61,935 nt of DNA, filler included, from Rhabdomonas costata (GCA_019059605.1; 26 parts of 26 records of this genome joined end to end with filler, not necessarily neighbours in it), one strand, 5' to 3'; numbered from the whole stretch's first letter, positions 12,312 through 26,288 are shown. The notes: generated by a model not told the origin, from the letters alone. A program made the numbers and translations.

Positions 12312-14390
12312 TGTGTCTCTTTTTGCTGGACATGGGTGGGGAAAGCCAGGCGGCGTAGGCCGGGTTATGTGTTCACCTTGGGGGTTTACTTGACGACTTT
12401 CTGGTGTGGGTTACAGCTGTTTGTCTGCGAAGCCGGTCCAAGGGGACTCCCAGTTGTATTGCCGTTGCCTGGAATGTTACCGAGAATGAGTTACACAACG
12501 CACCGTCGTGACCGGTAAAAGGGACATGGGTGGACTTGACAGAGCCGCGCGAGCTGTGTGCCTTATTGATGATTGATGATCACAAGGGATGCATCATCCC
12601 GCGCTTAACGACGCCTTGACCCACATGATTCCAAGAGCCCCGTATCCGGTTCGTCAGCCCCACTCAACACAAACTGTTGAATTCACGAAAAATCGGACGC
12701 CTAGCGCACACCACAGCCAAAGCCGCAAGGACACAGAATCGCCTTGTTGCCACCAGCACGTCCGTGTGTCATTCTAAACGCTCCCTGCGTGGTAAAGTGG
12801 CACCGGCTGGCTTGAATTGGTGGTCCTTACTAAACTTAAACCTATCAGACCTTGCGTGTTTCACGTGTTTCACGGGTAACTGGCGGACACGCCGTTACGA
12901 ACCCAAAAAAAAAACTTAGAATGTTTTTTGACGGCCTAACATGGAAAATAATTAGGTGGCCTTAAACATACAAAAAATTAGACGGCAGCGTTGCGCGCGT
13001 TTCGATGATATTCGTCGGCCCCGGCCGTGGCATGTTCACCCACCCGGTTGCAGATTTACAAGTGTCGCCTTGTAGCTTTTCCCTTCCCCGAGCTTAGGGT
13101 AAGGCCTTGGAGAAACGGTGGCAGCTTGGCGCCAAAAAAAAGAACCGCAATTCCGAACGAGAAGATGTGATAAGTCTTTATTGTCTTTTAGCCGTCTTTA
13201 TTGCCTTTGCGGTCCGGTATGTCTTTGGGTTTTTTGATCTTTTAACCGCAAAATGGAAAAGCCATAGATTGCTGTTTTGGATCGGAGCGCGCCTTGCCGA
13301 CCTTTTGCCGCATTATGTTCCTGTGGCTTCTTTTTTTAGTGCTTCAAATTTGGGATGGTTTTGATTATAAATTTTTCATTTCCTTTACATGCTTCCTTTT
13401 TGCGCTTTCCCAACATTTTTTGCCATTAATCGTTGTTGTCGACGGTTTTGTTTTGAAGGTTCCCCCGCATTCTGTGTCAGGTTCCTTTGCCGCGCGGCGA
13501 CCGTGTCAACGGCTAAGGCTACGGCTTTGTACCGTTAACTTGTCGGTGTCTGCTATCGGTGTTCATCACCTCTTCTGGCGTGGGACGCCGCCTTTTTCAG
13601 GTCTCCACCGTCACATCCCCGCTTCCAGCGGCAGCAAAAGCAACCAGCAGATCGTAAGTCATGCAAACTTCACCCCATTTAGCGCAAACAGCTGCTCCCA
13701 TAACTGTGGTGCATAGAGCCCCGAGTTTTTGCGTTACCGCCCCGTCCATGACTTGAAGGCGTGTGTACCATCAGATGTGGCCGTTTGACGTCCACGGGCT
13801 TTCCATTGATGTGGATGGCGTATTTTGGTTAGAGCGAAACCCATTCTAATCTGCACTTGAGCAGTAAGATTGGTTAAGATCGATTCCGGTTGGACAGAAC
13901 TGTCCGTTAATAGCGCTTGTTTATATCAAGTTGACTGAAATCGAAGTGTTGTAACGCTTGGCAAAATTGAAAAGTGTACGAGATCCTGGCGCTTCCTTCG
14001 AGGACTCGTTGCATGCAGTTGGATGGGCATGTAATGTCGCATGAACTGGAGATGGTGCAGTAAGAAGGCAAGGAAGTGGTGGAGCGAGCGACTAAAAATA
14101 TATGCCATCCATCCTGATTGAATGACCTAAATTGATCAGCTTGGCATATGAGCATTACGCGATTTTGTAAACAGAAAGTAGTATAGAAGAAAGTGTGACA
14201 CAACCACNNNNNNNNNNNNNNNNNNNNNNNNNNNNNNNNNNNNNNNNNNNNTTAATTAATTAANNNNNNNNNNNNNNNNNNNNNNNNNNNNNNNNNNNNN
14301 NNNNNNNTGTGGTGTTGGTACATGTGCCCTCCGGCACAACGTTAAATTTCATACGGTCATCTAATTTACGGATCTGTTCCCAGATGCTCT

Positions 14391-16330
14391 CTAAGAAGCA
14401 CTGGAAAATGGACGGGGAACCTTAGAGCCGGCCACGCCAGCAGCTGCGTCAAACCGGGCCAGCTCCTCATCCTTCACGTAGTGACCCCCGCCGTTGCATC
14501 GCCACCCCTCGCCGTCGCGGTGCCACTCGTACCCTTGCGGGCAATTTCCGATCTGCCGCAGTTTGGCCGCCAGCCTGGCCTTTTCCTATGTGAAAAAGAA
14601 GCCATAGAAAAACGAAGTTTGGGTCTAGATGTAAAGTTACATCGCAGCCCCCTCCTCCGCTTGTAGTTGCAATACCTCCTCTGAAACATAGCTCTTCAGG
14701 TTCGCGGCTACAGCGCCAACCATTATAATCCGAACCCGGTAACCCGGTCCAGTCACGCTTCCCAAGAACCCCACCAATAATGGTTACGAGTCCATCTCAA
14801 GGAATGACCAAACAGAATGCAATTTCCCAGGAAAAATACCCTGTCAATGAGTCTTTTGGGCTCGACAAGGTCCTACGCAGAATCCATGGAAACAGGACGT
14901 CGCCTCTACGGAAGCCCCATCGCGAAAGAAAAGCGCGAACCTAGGAGAGGGTGGCATTGTCATTTGATCACAAGCCGTGTGCGCATCTGGCGATGTGAAA
15001 CACACCCACGTTGAAGCGTGTTAATGAAACCCCACTATCGCAGCCGAGCCCATTGCAGCTCACCGAAGAAAGCCATTACATTACTGCAAAGTGGAATAAA
15101 TGGGGGTTAGCCTCACGAGTAACAAAGGTGTGGAGGATGTGGCATTGTGGTTCCACAGAGGTCATTGAGCAGAGTACTTCTGCTTCCAGTTGGGCGTCAA
15201 ACTTGGCCATTTCCTCATCCGTCACGTAGTGATACCCGCCGTTGCACCGCCACCCCTCGCCATCGCGGTACCAGTCAGACCCTTGCTGGCAATTTCCGAT
15301 CCGCCGCAACTTTGCCGACAGCTTCACCTTTTCCTGAACGAAAACAGCACAAAGACCAACCCAAAGCACCTGCCAAGTCCCCAGCACTCTTCAGTATGCC
15401 CGTCGCTTTCTATGCACCACCGAATTCCGACCACAGGGTATTCAGGACCTTTTCTCTGAGCTCCTCTGAGGAGGCCGAACATCGACAAGTGCGCTTTCGT
15501 TGCGGACGTCCATGGAAGTCGATGGACCGTCTCCCGACATACTCTGCGGTTACAAGCCACTGCAATCTCCTCAAAAGCTCTGTTCCCTACGAGGTCATTT
15601 TCCACTATGAGACGTGACTGAAGCCAATGGAGAAGCCCAAATGCTTTCCCCCCAAAATTCTGAATCCTGACATTACACTGCCTGGAAAAGTATCTACTGA
15701 CCCGACAAAAAACATGGCGAAGCATAATTGATGAATTCAAGAATGACGAGGACCACGGAAGACACTGCAGTACACTTGCTTTGCCCATGGGATATTCCTC
15801 CCCTCGAGAGCGGAGGGCCCCTGGCGAATTCTCCGGTGTCCTCTGACTCATTTAGTTTTTGTAGGCGATGGTTTCCCGTTTTCTTGAACGCAAAACAAAT
15901 TTCCGGCGGGCCCGTGAGTAATCGAAGAGAGAAGAGACGACAACCAGTAGTAAGAAACTAAAGGAGGGTGGTCACCCAGACACACGAACGTCCCTTCCCA
16001 CGCCCCTTATCCCACAGAGGTGCCACACAAAAGTGTAAACGACACCGACCGCCCTCCCACAACGGAATGTGTTTGCGTTTCCTGCTTCAACGCTCATCTC
16101 GAAGTGCACGCTTCAGCGAACAGAAGATCGAGCCCACGAAAACAAGCCCCCCGGGTCCCCCCCTCCAAAAATACCTCAGCTTCCAGCGCGGCGTCAAACT
16201 TGGCCAGATCTTCATCGTTCACGTAGTGTGCCCCGTCGTCGCACCGCCAGCCCTCGTCTTCGCGTTGCCACTCGGCCCCTGGCCGGCACCTTGATATCTG
16301 CCGTAGCTTCGTCAAGAACTTGGCCTTGCC
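14391..16330 (-). CDS. Protein with three tandem exon-encoded Cys/His modules (KLRxIxxC-x5-W-x6-WRC-x4-HYV)
   Basis: Exons 16330-16175 and 15333-15178 (156 nt each, phase 0/0, AG|..|GT) and a third starting at 14585 (ending at 14421 or at the TAG at 14391) encode homologous ~52-aa units. Confidence 0.75.
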
Positions 16331-16970
16331 CTGTGAGAGAAAGGCAAGGATTAAACGATATGAGAAATCCGAGAAATAACTGTAACCCGTTTTGGCTTCC
16401 TACAGCCATCCTTCAACACAACTCTGTAACTGATAATTTTAGAAGTTCTGATCGAACAGAAGACGAAGGGAAATCAAGTGCGGGAGCTGGGTGGCAGTCC
16501 TCGCTACGAGGGCAGCCGTCAGCAGGAGCCAAGGCAAAGAAGCGACCCCACTAAGGTGACGGCAAACGGTCAAAAATAGAAACCCAAAAAANNNNNNNNN
16601 NNNNNNNNNNNNNNNNNNNNNNNNNNNNNNNNNNNTTAATTAATTAANNNNNNNNNNNNNNNNNNNNNNNNNNNNNNNNNNNNNNNNNNNNTTTGTGTGG
16701 GCATTAAGAAAAGTTTCAGTTGACATCAAACCGTACTGCACGGAAAGTTACACTGCCAACTTCCATGGTTCTTCCATGAGTATTGTGTGGGGCCATGCCA
16801 ACTTCTTTACCAGGTTCACTGCCATGAAATGTTTTTTGATGTTGACGTTTCATTACGGCAAAACTGCAATCCAACAAAAGGAATCCAAACAATGCGACAA
16901 GAATGCATACAATGGCACGAATTTACAGAACAATACAACACGGCATGGCATGGCACGGCGGAGTACAGGC

Positions 16971-17946
16971 CTTGAGAAGCATCGACCGCAAGCTGCCCAG
17001 AGTGGCCATGAAGGCCGCCGTCCTCTCACGAGCGTCCTCCTCGACACCACTGGCGATCTGCACCGAGCAGTCCTTGCGCTCGTACGCCAGCGCCCTTGCG
17101 ATCTGATCCACGAGGAGCGCCTTGAGCTCACTGAGGAGCATTCCTGCAGATAAATTGATCAGCACTATCGGAATCCCCCCCTCCCGCACAGAGAGCGATA
17201 CAAGTGTTCCCCGGGATTTCGAGAGAAGACTTCGCAGGGGGTTACAGGGGCGATTTCCATGGGATTCCATCACGAATTTGCGGCGGGTCAGTTTTTCCGC
17301 TACGTCATGGGCCACCTACCGCAAAGATCCCAGGTATAGGTACTTTCTAAGTGGCTTTGTACGGGACGTACAACAGTTATCAGTTAAATGATCGGGACGA
17401 CTCCGCCATCTTCACGAGGGAAGCTCAAGAAATGTATCCCTGGGCGTTTTGCCGTGGGTGAATGTGGGAGCGCGCAAGAGGACACCTGAGGTGTGAGGTT
17501 TCCCCGAAAAATTTTGTTTCACCAATTAAGGCGCCGTACCCGCGGAAGAGGAAACAGCAACATCCACAGGTGGGGATAGGCAACATCGGCTAAAATTGCC
17601 CAAAGTAGACGAGCGGGAAATATAAGGTGTCTGGTGTTTGCGAAACTCAAGTTTTTACCGGTCCTAGACGCAATGCCCCACACAAAACACGTAGGTAAAC
17701 CACACCGAGATGGAACTTGATGTTTTCGTCAGTGATCTGAAAGTCCGTGAACAGCCCGGGGAACATCACTTTGCGAGTGGTGGCCAGAATCAGCTCCAGC
17801 TTCTGGCGGTTGGGAAGGTACATAAGGTTCCTGACACCACTCTGTTCCGTGCTCACGCTAAGGGCCCGCACAGAATCCGCTAGCTCATTGACGATGCTGT
17901 CCATTAGGGCGGCATCGCCCTTTATCGGGGACCGGCAGCTGGCCAT
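16971..17946 (-). CDS. cysE: Serine O-acetyltransferase, long bacterial (EpsC-like) type, N-terminal exons
   Basis: Exons 17946-17706 and 17143-16971 give LPNRQKLELILATTRKVMFPGLF...FHLG-MLLSELKALLVDQIARAL...AAFMATLGSLRSMLLK, the N-terminal helical domain that precedes DxxAxxxGDPAA in this family. The catalytic part is off the contig. Confidence 0.7.
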
Positions 17947-19075
17947 TTGCGTACCTCTGCTTTACTCGCCGGGGGAGACAGAAATCCTCAGCACACCCAG
18001 CGCCTCAACTCACAAATCCGCGCAGCAAGCAGACAAACAAAACACAAACCGGTGCGCGCGAAAGAAAAGCTAGCTGCTGCTGGTACACAAAATATTCCGT
18101 TATTGAGATTCCTGTCAAAAGGAGCCTGTACAAACCTGTGCACAAAACAGAGCACACATGAAATGTAACCTGACGACAATTGTAAGGTTGGGAGAAGGCG
18201 ATCAGGATACAGCCACCCTGGAGTCCGAAAATCAGGGCTGACAGTTGAAGTGCGACTTGTCCGAACCCTGCGCTAAAGATAGTGAGCAACGGTCCTGAGC
18301 GCTTGACGGGTTTGCTGTGTATAGGCGAATCCTGACATTCTGGTGGTCATCAAAAGCAGCACTGCAGATTCTCCACGTGCCATAGGGGAGGAGATTTTGA
18401 ACTGACGTTCCACATGAGCATCCTGAGATAGAGGGATATGATAAGCACAGTGGGGATCACGTAAAGCAGCAAAATGAAGTTCCAAGAACGCCTCGCCTGT
18501 TTCAACCCGTGAAGTGCAGGAACGAGGCCGCACTAGGCGCACAGGTGGCGCATACACCAGCAAAATGCAACACCAGCATAACCGCAAAAGCCGGAATCCC
18601 GAGCGACAGCGGGAAATGTACAATCGTATACGATGCAAGAAATGAGCAGACAATGTCAAGCGCTCGGAGCCAAACGGCGGAGTTCACCGAACAGTTGTCC
18701 ACAGGTCTTGCATTTCCCACCCGTAGCGACCTAAACGCAAAGCGCTGATGTAATTCAGGCGATATTACGAAGTAACATTCTGACATCGCAGTGGTTTGAC
18801 GACGCGGAGAGTACACTGTTACTTTTGGGTCTCTTTCGTCTCCCAAATCCATCCAGTTCCCAATCAATCAATCAATCAAGTAAAGACTGATGGGCTCAAT
18901 CTTTTAATTCTCGACCGATGCCCCCTGTCGATGCTAAAAAGTGACGACCGTGGCGGAATCCTGACCCAAAAAAACNNNNNNNNNNNNNNNNNNNNNNNNN
19001 NNNNNNNNNNNNNNNNNNNTTAATTAATTAANNNNNNNNNNNNNNNNNNNNNNNNNNNNNNNNNNNNNNNNNNNN

Positions 19076-19205
19076 TGTGTGTGTGCGTGTGCGAGTGCGT
19101 GTGCGTGTGCGTGTGCGTGTGCGTGTGCGTGTGCGTGTGCGTGTGCGTGTGCGTGTGCGTGTGCGTGTGCGTGTGCGTGTGCGTGTGCGTGTGTGTGTGC
19201 GTGCG
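19076..19205 (+). repeat. (CGTGTG)n hexanucleotide microsatellite
   Basis: About 20 tandem units at the contig start. Confidence 0.95.
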
Positions 19206-19237
19206 ACATGGTGGCTGGCAGGTAAGGCAATAGGAAC

Positions 19238-21101
19238 CTCGTGGAAGTACGTCGTTCCGTTATAATCCCATTCCAGAGGTCTCCAGCGGTAGGGCATTTG
19301 ATACGCCTCCGCACCGACGTCTGAGACAAATGCCAGCGGGGAGTTCTTGAAGTGGTCGCTGAAGGGGAGACGGTAGGGGGCGACCGAAAAGCAGTTGGTG
19401 GAGGAGGGGAAGTAGATGATCACCGAATGCAAATGGCTCGGGCAGATAGGAAAGCCGCAAAGGTAACCCAAAGCTCATGTAGTCGAGCCGCAACAATGCG
19501 AGCGTCGAGTGAGCAACAAAATCAACCTTTGTCACGATAAAAGACACGCTAACCCCGAAAAGAAAACACTCGGCCTCGCCCCGTGACCGGGATCAAAAAG
19601 AGAGACCAGAGTTCTCAACGCCATTTGCACGCCCCCCCCCCCCTTTACCCACACAGACAAACACAATTCGTCAGGATGTAGCCGGGTCCTTCCACAGCAA
19701 ACCGCATGACTATTTCCTTTACATGAGACCCAGTTGGCAACCGAAAGGTGACCACATTTTAAGTCATGAGGAAACTAAAGCATTCACACACCGTGTGATA
19801 ATTCAACAGAAGGGTCTCATGCCACAGACAGCACTCATACGATGAGACCCCTCTCCCTTGCCTTATCCCCCCCCATCCAACCGCATAATTTCCGCGACGT
19901 CGGCCACGCTCAGCTGCTGGATCGGCCGTACCCAAAGGGGGAGCCGATTCGAGAGGTTACGCCCCAGCGCGTAGTCCAGGTAGGCATCCATCCCTCCAGT
20001 GACTTGCCGGAACATCGCCCACACTCGGGCGTCCCCTGAACCCCAACGAATCCACGAACACATGCGCACACTTGCCCCATGGCAGGCTGCCGCAATTCCC
20101 AAGTCCCTCAAACTGATTCACGACACGAAAGGGCCCCGAAAGGGCGATGACTTTGCAGGTCGCTGGAAAAGCCGTTGTATACGCAGATACGCAGGGGCTG
20201 ACAGCGTACAGAAGCCATTTTGCGGTTGGGGGTCACTGTTTTCGGGAGGGGGGGCTACTACCAGTGGAAACCGTTAACCCCCCTACTTCCATTGAGCCGA
20301 GAGCTGCGCGATTTTCCCAGAAATTCATGTTCATTTTAACTTTTCTTTGTTTTTTGCCATTCACATCTAACTTTGCATGTGAACAGGTTCAGGGTGAACA
20401 AGACCTATACATTCGCTACCTCCCACAAGCTGCTCATCCTCATGGCCCATCACTTTTGTTCTGGATCGTAAACCTGCTCGGACATCGAAGAAGGTGAGCG
20501 GGTCGAAGGCATCCGTGAAGCTGAAGCTCTCCGGGTTGCCCTGCTTGGGGTAGAACCCCTTGGCCTTGGCGAACTCTACGATGTCTGGAGAGTACACACA
20601 GCGGGCGGGGTCGTTCAGGGGGAAGGTCTCGATCCTGGCCTGGTTGGCGTGCCCCGAGACGAACCCGTCGGGGACCCGCAGGGCCACCCATACCGCGCCC
20701 TTCTCGCCCGGGCCTTTGCCACAGAACCCCACCCCACTCTCTCACCCTTCCAAATACGATAATGGAAAAGTCATGGAGGGAAAGGAATGCGGTGCAAGTG
20801 GCGCAAAAAGCTGATCCTATCACATCAGCGTATACCTGGTTTGAGTAACATGCTGAGACATAAGCGCCGGTGTGGTGTTATCCGGAGGGTGCTGGATTGC
20901 GTGTCTCATCTTGAAAACGGTTCAGATCAGCAAATGAGAGAGAGAGAGAGACAGAGCAGCTGCAAATGGGCAACAAAAGAAAGAAAGAAAGAAAGAAAGA
21001 GCACAAACCCCTGCCAATCATTTCCATGTACCACACTTCCTTGGAGTCGGCGATGGTGAAGGTTTCCCCTTGGCTGGCGTAACCATAGGTCTGCACCAGA
21101 G
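19238..21101 (-). CDS. Peptidase C69 family dipeptidase (4 internal exons)
   Basis: Exons 21101-21009, 20713-20474, 20035-19882 and 19358-19238 splice in frame via GT-AG: YGYASQGETFTIADSKEVWYMEMIG, GAVWVALRVPDGFVSGHANQARI, DARVWAMF, MRDHF, PYRWRPL. Confidence 0.9.
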
Positions 21102-21960
21102 CTGCAACCACACCCAAGATCCGTTAAAGCATTCAAGCAAAAAAATGAATCCGCGCTGCAACCACTCAACGTAGAGTCGACATGGCGAGAAGAAATCAAT
21201 GCAGTTCCTTCTGATGACAAAGGGCGAAGTGTCCCCCAAAGTCTAACAAAAGAAAACCTTCCCACCGCACAAGTGACATGCATGGAAGCTCTAACTGACA
21301 ACGCGGGATTAGTACGATGAATGTCCAGCGTCAAGAGTCCTCACATGGAACAGCCGCGCAAAAAAAACNNNNNNNNNNNNNNNNNNNNNNNNNNNNNNNN
21401 NNNNNNNNNNNNTTAATTAATTAANNNNNNNNNNNNNNNNNNNNNNNNNNNNNNNNNNNNNNNNNNNNGCGTGAGGTATGCAACCTCCAAACTTCAAATC
21501 GCTCATCTACGGCAATTCAGGTGGAGGTTGCATACCTCATGCCCTTCCCGGCCAAAAAATGAAACAGAAATGCAGCAGAAGCGCAAGGATACAGCATTGG
21601 TCAGCAAATGGGAGGCCCAGATGCTGCTCTTGCGGGTCTCATGATGTGGTTCATGTGGACTTGTGTCGGTTGCCCCAGATGGAACTACCGTGGAAATTCG
21701 ATATAGTGTGTTCACCAACACTTTCGATGGGTATTGTCCCCGTTCGCGCTGCTCAGTGCCATATGCCCTGGGCTTGCAGTGATTCAATCTCGTGTGCCAT
21801 CAAATTATATGGCCAACTGACTTTGGTTGCATAATATATGTATAATCTATCCCGCTAAGATTCTAGTTGCATGGGGTTGGGTCGCTTCTGTTCTGTCTTC
21901 GGTGTGTGGTTTTGGGTTTGTGGCTCATGTGGCGTGGGTGGGCGGGATATTAGTCGGCAG

Positions 21961-23013
21961 AACCCGGAGTACGCGCTGATCACGCCCTATGACTACGCCA
22001 TTCCGCCGCCCTTCACGTCGCTGCTGCCCCCCACCACCCTCAGTGGCTCCACGGCGCCACAGAGGCCTTGCAAGATCCCCGGGCCTGTCATTAATGGGGT
22101 GCAGCTTGGCGATGGCTTGACGAGCGATGAGAAGTGTGTGTTTGGGCGATGGAGGGATAGGGAGGAAGAGGAAGTTGGTTTTGCTCTGTTGGCACATTCA
22201 GCAACCCCCGCTGTGCAACTCGGCGGTGCGGTTGAAATTTTACATAGACACCTCTGGATATGCTGTGGCTGTGACGGGGCGACACACGACCCTTTTCGAA
22301 TTATCATCAACATCAGTAGGAGACTTCGCTTCTAAAAGAGAAAGACGCGATAGACTTGTGTCTCACTCACATCACATTGAGGAAAATGGCCGTTTGTCAG
22401 GCACAGAAACTAACGGGAAAGCACGCGGGCACTAAGAGAAAAAAATGCGCGCACATAACTCCTTCCTCCCTCTCTTTTCTCCGTCCTCCCTCTCTCTTCT
22501 GCCTCAGGGCATGCCGGCACGCGGGGCTGGAGCATGAGTTCGTGCCTGCGCATGGGCTGCTGTTCCCGTTGGATCCAAGGGTGTGCGCGATCGGCCACCT
22601 TGTTTGCCCGTCATCCCGCACAGACACACAATCACACACAGCCTCTCTCTTCATACGCAGACTGACCTCCCCTTGCTTTGATAGGCTGGCGGCAGGTGTT
22701 TCCATCGCCGTGATCTTCGAATACGTGTCCTGACGCGAGTAGCACCCCGTGTTAAATATCAGCTGACCCACTACTACCAGACCAAAAAGTTTTGGATTGT
22801 CTCGCAGCAACTCACTTCCTTTCTCCCGTTTCCAAACATTCATACACGCACATACACACACATCTCTGATGGCCTAATCGCGGGCAATCGGTTATTCTCA
22901 CGCGCAGCTGGTGCGGTACCATCGAATGCGGCGCTCGCCGCTGCCCCTGCCCGCACCGATGGGCATGGGCTCCCCTCAGCGCCTGGGTGACATAAGCGGA
23001 CGCTCCACCCGGA
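21961..23013 (+). CDS. Unidentified spliced gene fragment (about 4 exons)
   Basis: GC-rich blocks bounded by AG/GT near 21961-22130, 22508-22580, 22685-22724 and 22908-23013. Frame joins are ambiguous and no family was recognised. Confidence 0.4.
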
Positions 23014-23868
23014 GGTACTCCCTTTGCGTCCTTTTCAAGTCAGCCTCGTTCACTTTTTCTCCCGATTCCAGCTGTCTCTTCTCTCTCCCACTCCTTTTCC
23101 ACCTCCCTTTCCTCCCGAAATTACTGCGGACGCACAGCACGTCCACGACGCGTGGAGCAAAGCCTTTGACTGAACTATATATGATACGGCAGTTAAAGTC
23201 ACCCAACATGCGTCAAAACCTCTGTCATCACCTGTATTATTCGCAAATATTGTGTCCTTATTCTCTCCCTTTTCGTATCAACGTAATTTACAAAAATGAT
23301 CACAGAGTTTTGTCACATGTTGCTGGTCCTGGGCCGAAACGCTGAAGAGTTGCAAGACACGACTATAGACTACACCGTGACCCATGATCACCCTCAAATA
23401 TAACCGTGACTGTGTTTGTGTGAGTGAGTGGGAGAGTTAATGCATGCCAGAAACATCACCAACCGGGCTTGTTGGCGTTCCATGTTGCCAGAACTTTACA
23501 AATTACAACAATGTTTTTTTTGGATAGGCGGCAGTTGTTCAGACTACAAGGTTATGCTCCTCCAAGAGTGTGATGAGCGCAGGAGCTTGTTGTTCGTACA
23601 TGTTCGCCCGCCTTTCCTCCTCCGAAAAGGTCGCCGAAAACCACCCCGCGCAGCACGCACAGCACACGGGGCTCCCCTCTGACCCCCTCCCATTCCCATG
23701 GGGTCACCCCGTGTGGCAGTGTGTTCGTGCACTCGACGAGCCCCCCCACCACNNNNNNNNNNNNNNNNNNNNNNNNNNNNNNNNNNNNNNNNNNNNTTAA
23801 TTAATTAANNNNNNNNNNNNNNNNNNNNNNNNNNNNNNNNNNNNNNNNNNNNTGTGTTTGTGGGGCAG

Positions 23869-26102
23869 CGGCTGACGGAGATCTGGGCGGCCCTGTTTGA
23901 CTCCCAGCTGGAGTGCGCCCCGGGGGCCCGGATGGTGGGTGACACCCGCCATCCCACCCCCCTCGCCTTCTCTCACCACTCTCTCCTTTGCTTCGTCCTG
24001 ATTTATTGCTAGAGTGCAATTTTATGGATATAGAAATGATGTGGGCCCGATATTTGTCTTCAGATGCACCGTCGCTCACTCCCTAGTTGGGGTAGTGAAC
24101 CCATGTAATTGGGTGTGTGGGCGGGCTTTTCAACGTGATTTTGTATAGGCGATGCCACTCTGTGTTGAGTGCATAATGTTATGCCGTGAAAGGGATTTTC
24201 CTGGTGCTGCATTTTCCGCTTCTCAGCCTCGGCTGCGGTGCATGCTGAAGCTGCTGGACATGCAGTTTGCCCGCGAGCCGGAGAAGATTCACCGCGTGGT
24301 GGCCAACTTCCTCCCTGAGGTGTTCCGTTATCGCACGCTTTATTGTGTTTTTGACGTTTGACAACAAAAAATGAGAATGGATCGAAACGGGAGTGAAAAG
24401 GTGGAGACAGAATGCAGTCTCATTACTTCTTGTGTTTTCTCTCCCTCGCTCAACTGAAGACACAGACACTTGTGCGCCACACCATAGGTTGTTCTGTGCA
24501 TCAAGGAGCCGGGGGTCCGACTCCGCGAGGCCGCGTTCTACCTGCTCTATGTCATCTCCATCCGAAGCAAGGAGCTGCACAACAACCGCCGTACGTTGTA
24601 TATTACCTTTCCGTCACCTGGCTGTCCCACCCTTCTGCTCGTGTGGGAGAGTCGCTTTCTTTTGAGGAGGGACCGAAAAGACGACGTTTCTGCGTGGCAA
24701 GTGTGATAACAGCTTTTTAATCGAGGATGAAAAGCGTCGCTTTGGACTTAAGAACTTACCTGCCTTCCAGTAGTTTTCTGGCCGCCTCATTGCTGTCTCT
24801 CTACCACACATATTGCGGAGGAACTTGCCCCCTGAAAAGAGGAGGTTTCTGCAACCGCAGCAGCTTTTGCCTTCGCGTGAGCTGTTGGTGACTTCCTGAC
24901 CTTCTTTGCATCTGCTCAGCTGACCCGCATATTGAGGACGTGCTGGCGATGACCTCAGAGCCCTCCCCTAAGCTGGTGAGCAGCACGATCATCGTGCTGG
25001 CTAAGCTGCTGTTCGAGTTTTATGGTGCGACGCTCTTGGGGAAGGCCACCTCTCTCCGTTCGTTTCAGAAGCACTCGGGGAAGAGGAGGCAGAGGAAGTG
25101 CCTCTTAACAAAGTAGCCAGGAAAAAGGAGCCGTGGACACTGCCTCCTCCCCCCCCCTCGGTCCCCGTGTTAGAAATCGGGCGCTCGTTTTCCAGCTGAC
25201 CTGGCAAAGGCACACACGTTCATCCCGTTTCCACTGCCGTGCAGACACGATGGCCGGGGACACTCTGACGAAGATGCTCCGGACGGTTGTGCCCATGCTG
25301 GGCAAGGACAACACGGAGATCCGCAACGCCGTGCTGGGGTTCTGCCGCATCCTGCTCAAGGTGGTGGTCCTGCACGAGCCCGCCCTGGAGGCACTGCGGC
25401 CGCTGGTTCCCCAGATGGTGCGATCTTTTGTAATTTGGTCCTTCGACCCGCAAGTATTCTGAGATTGTAGGGGTGAGAGCAGATTCATTGCAAAGCACAT
25501 TATTGAATTGGCAGCCTGTAATCATGTCATTATCCATTCCTTGAGGTCTTGGAGAGAAAGCACTTGTATATGGCGGATTGGTGGCTTGCGCAAATCTGTC
25601 TCCGAAATTTGGTGCGCTATGCGCGGTGAGGCGTTCAGAGAAGCGGCCATGATTTGTTCTTTAAGGTGCTTTGACGTGCGGTTCGGGGGGGTATGGCTCA
25701 GGTGAAGAACATTGCGTACTGGCTTGCTCACCCCAAGGCCAGCGGGGTGCGGATTAAGATGCGGGTAGTCACGGAGCGGCTGATCAAGCGCTACGGGTGT
25801 GTATGCCCGTGCCTCCTCGAATGAATGCGTGTGGGTGAGTGACAATACAAATTCCGGGTTCCGGGGGCTGCGCCGCCCGCAAAGGCGAAGGCGGCTTCTC
25901 CTTATGCATTGTACAGTGTGCCTTTTCATTTTTCTCCACTCGTCTTTGCGCTGTGCGTCTAGGGTGGGGGGCCACACAGCTACGACTACATCATGGAGCT
26001 TACCCCACCCTCTAAGAAGCGCTACATCCGCTATGTGGAGAAGCAGCGAGCTCAGGCCGTGCGGCAGAAGATCAAGGAGAAGGAGAAGCAAAAGCTGACC
26101 AC
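23869..26102 (+). CDS. RRP12: RRP12 ribosome biogenesis HEAT-repeat protein, C-terminal region (7 exons)
   Basis: Exons ~23869-23934, 24227-24319, 24488-24590, 24920-25024, 25245-25417, 25702-25796 and 25980-26102 splice in frame: FLPEVVLCIKE..REAAFYLL, LAKLLFEF, EIRNAVLGFCRI, KMRVVTERLIKRYG, KRYIRYVEKQR. Confidence 0.8.
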
Positions 26103-26236
26103 GTGCGGGCCAGCTTCTTTACCCATCCCAACAAACNNNNNNNNNNNNNNNNNNNNNNNNNNNNNNNNNNNNNNNNNNNNTTAATTAATTAANNNNNNNN
26201 NNNNNNNNNNNNNNNNNNNNNNNNNNNNNNNNNNNN

Positions 26237-26239
26237 GTG

Positions 26240-26283
<44 letters not shown>
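26237..26283 (+). repeat. (GT)n microsatellite
   Basis: Dinucleotide run directly upstream of a splice acceptor. Confidence 0.95.
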
Positions 26284-26284
<1 letters not shown>

Positions 26285-26288
26285 GCAG

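Noticed and set aside
19024-19471. ORFs with HAHAHA, RTRTRT or VRVRVR runs
   Set aside because: Translations of the (CGTGTG)n microsatellite.
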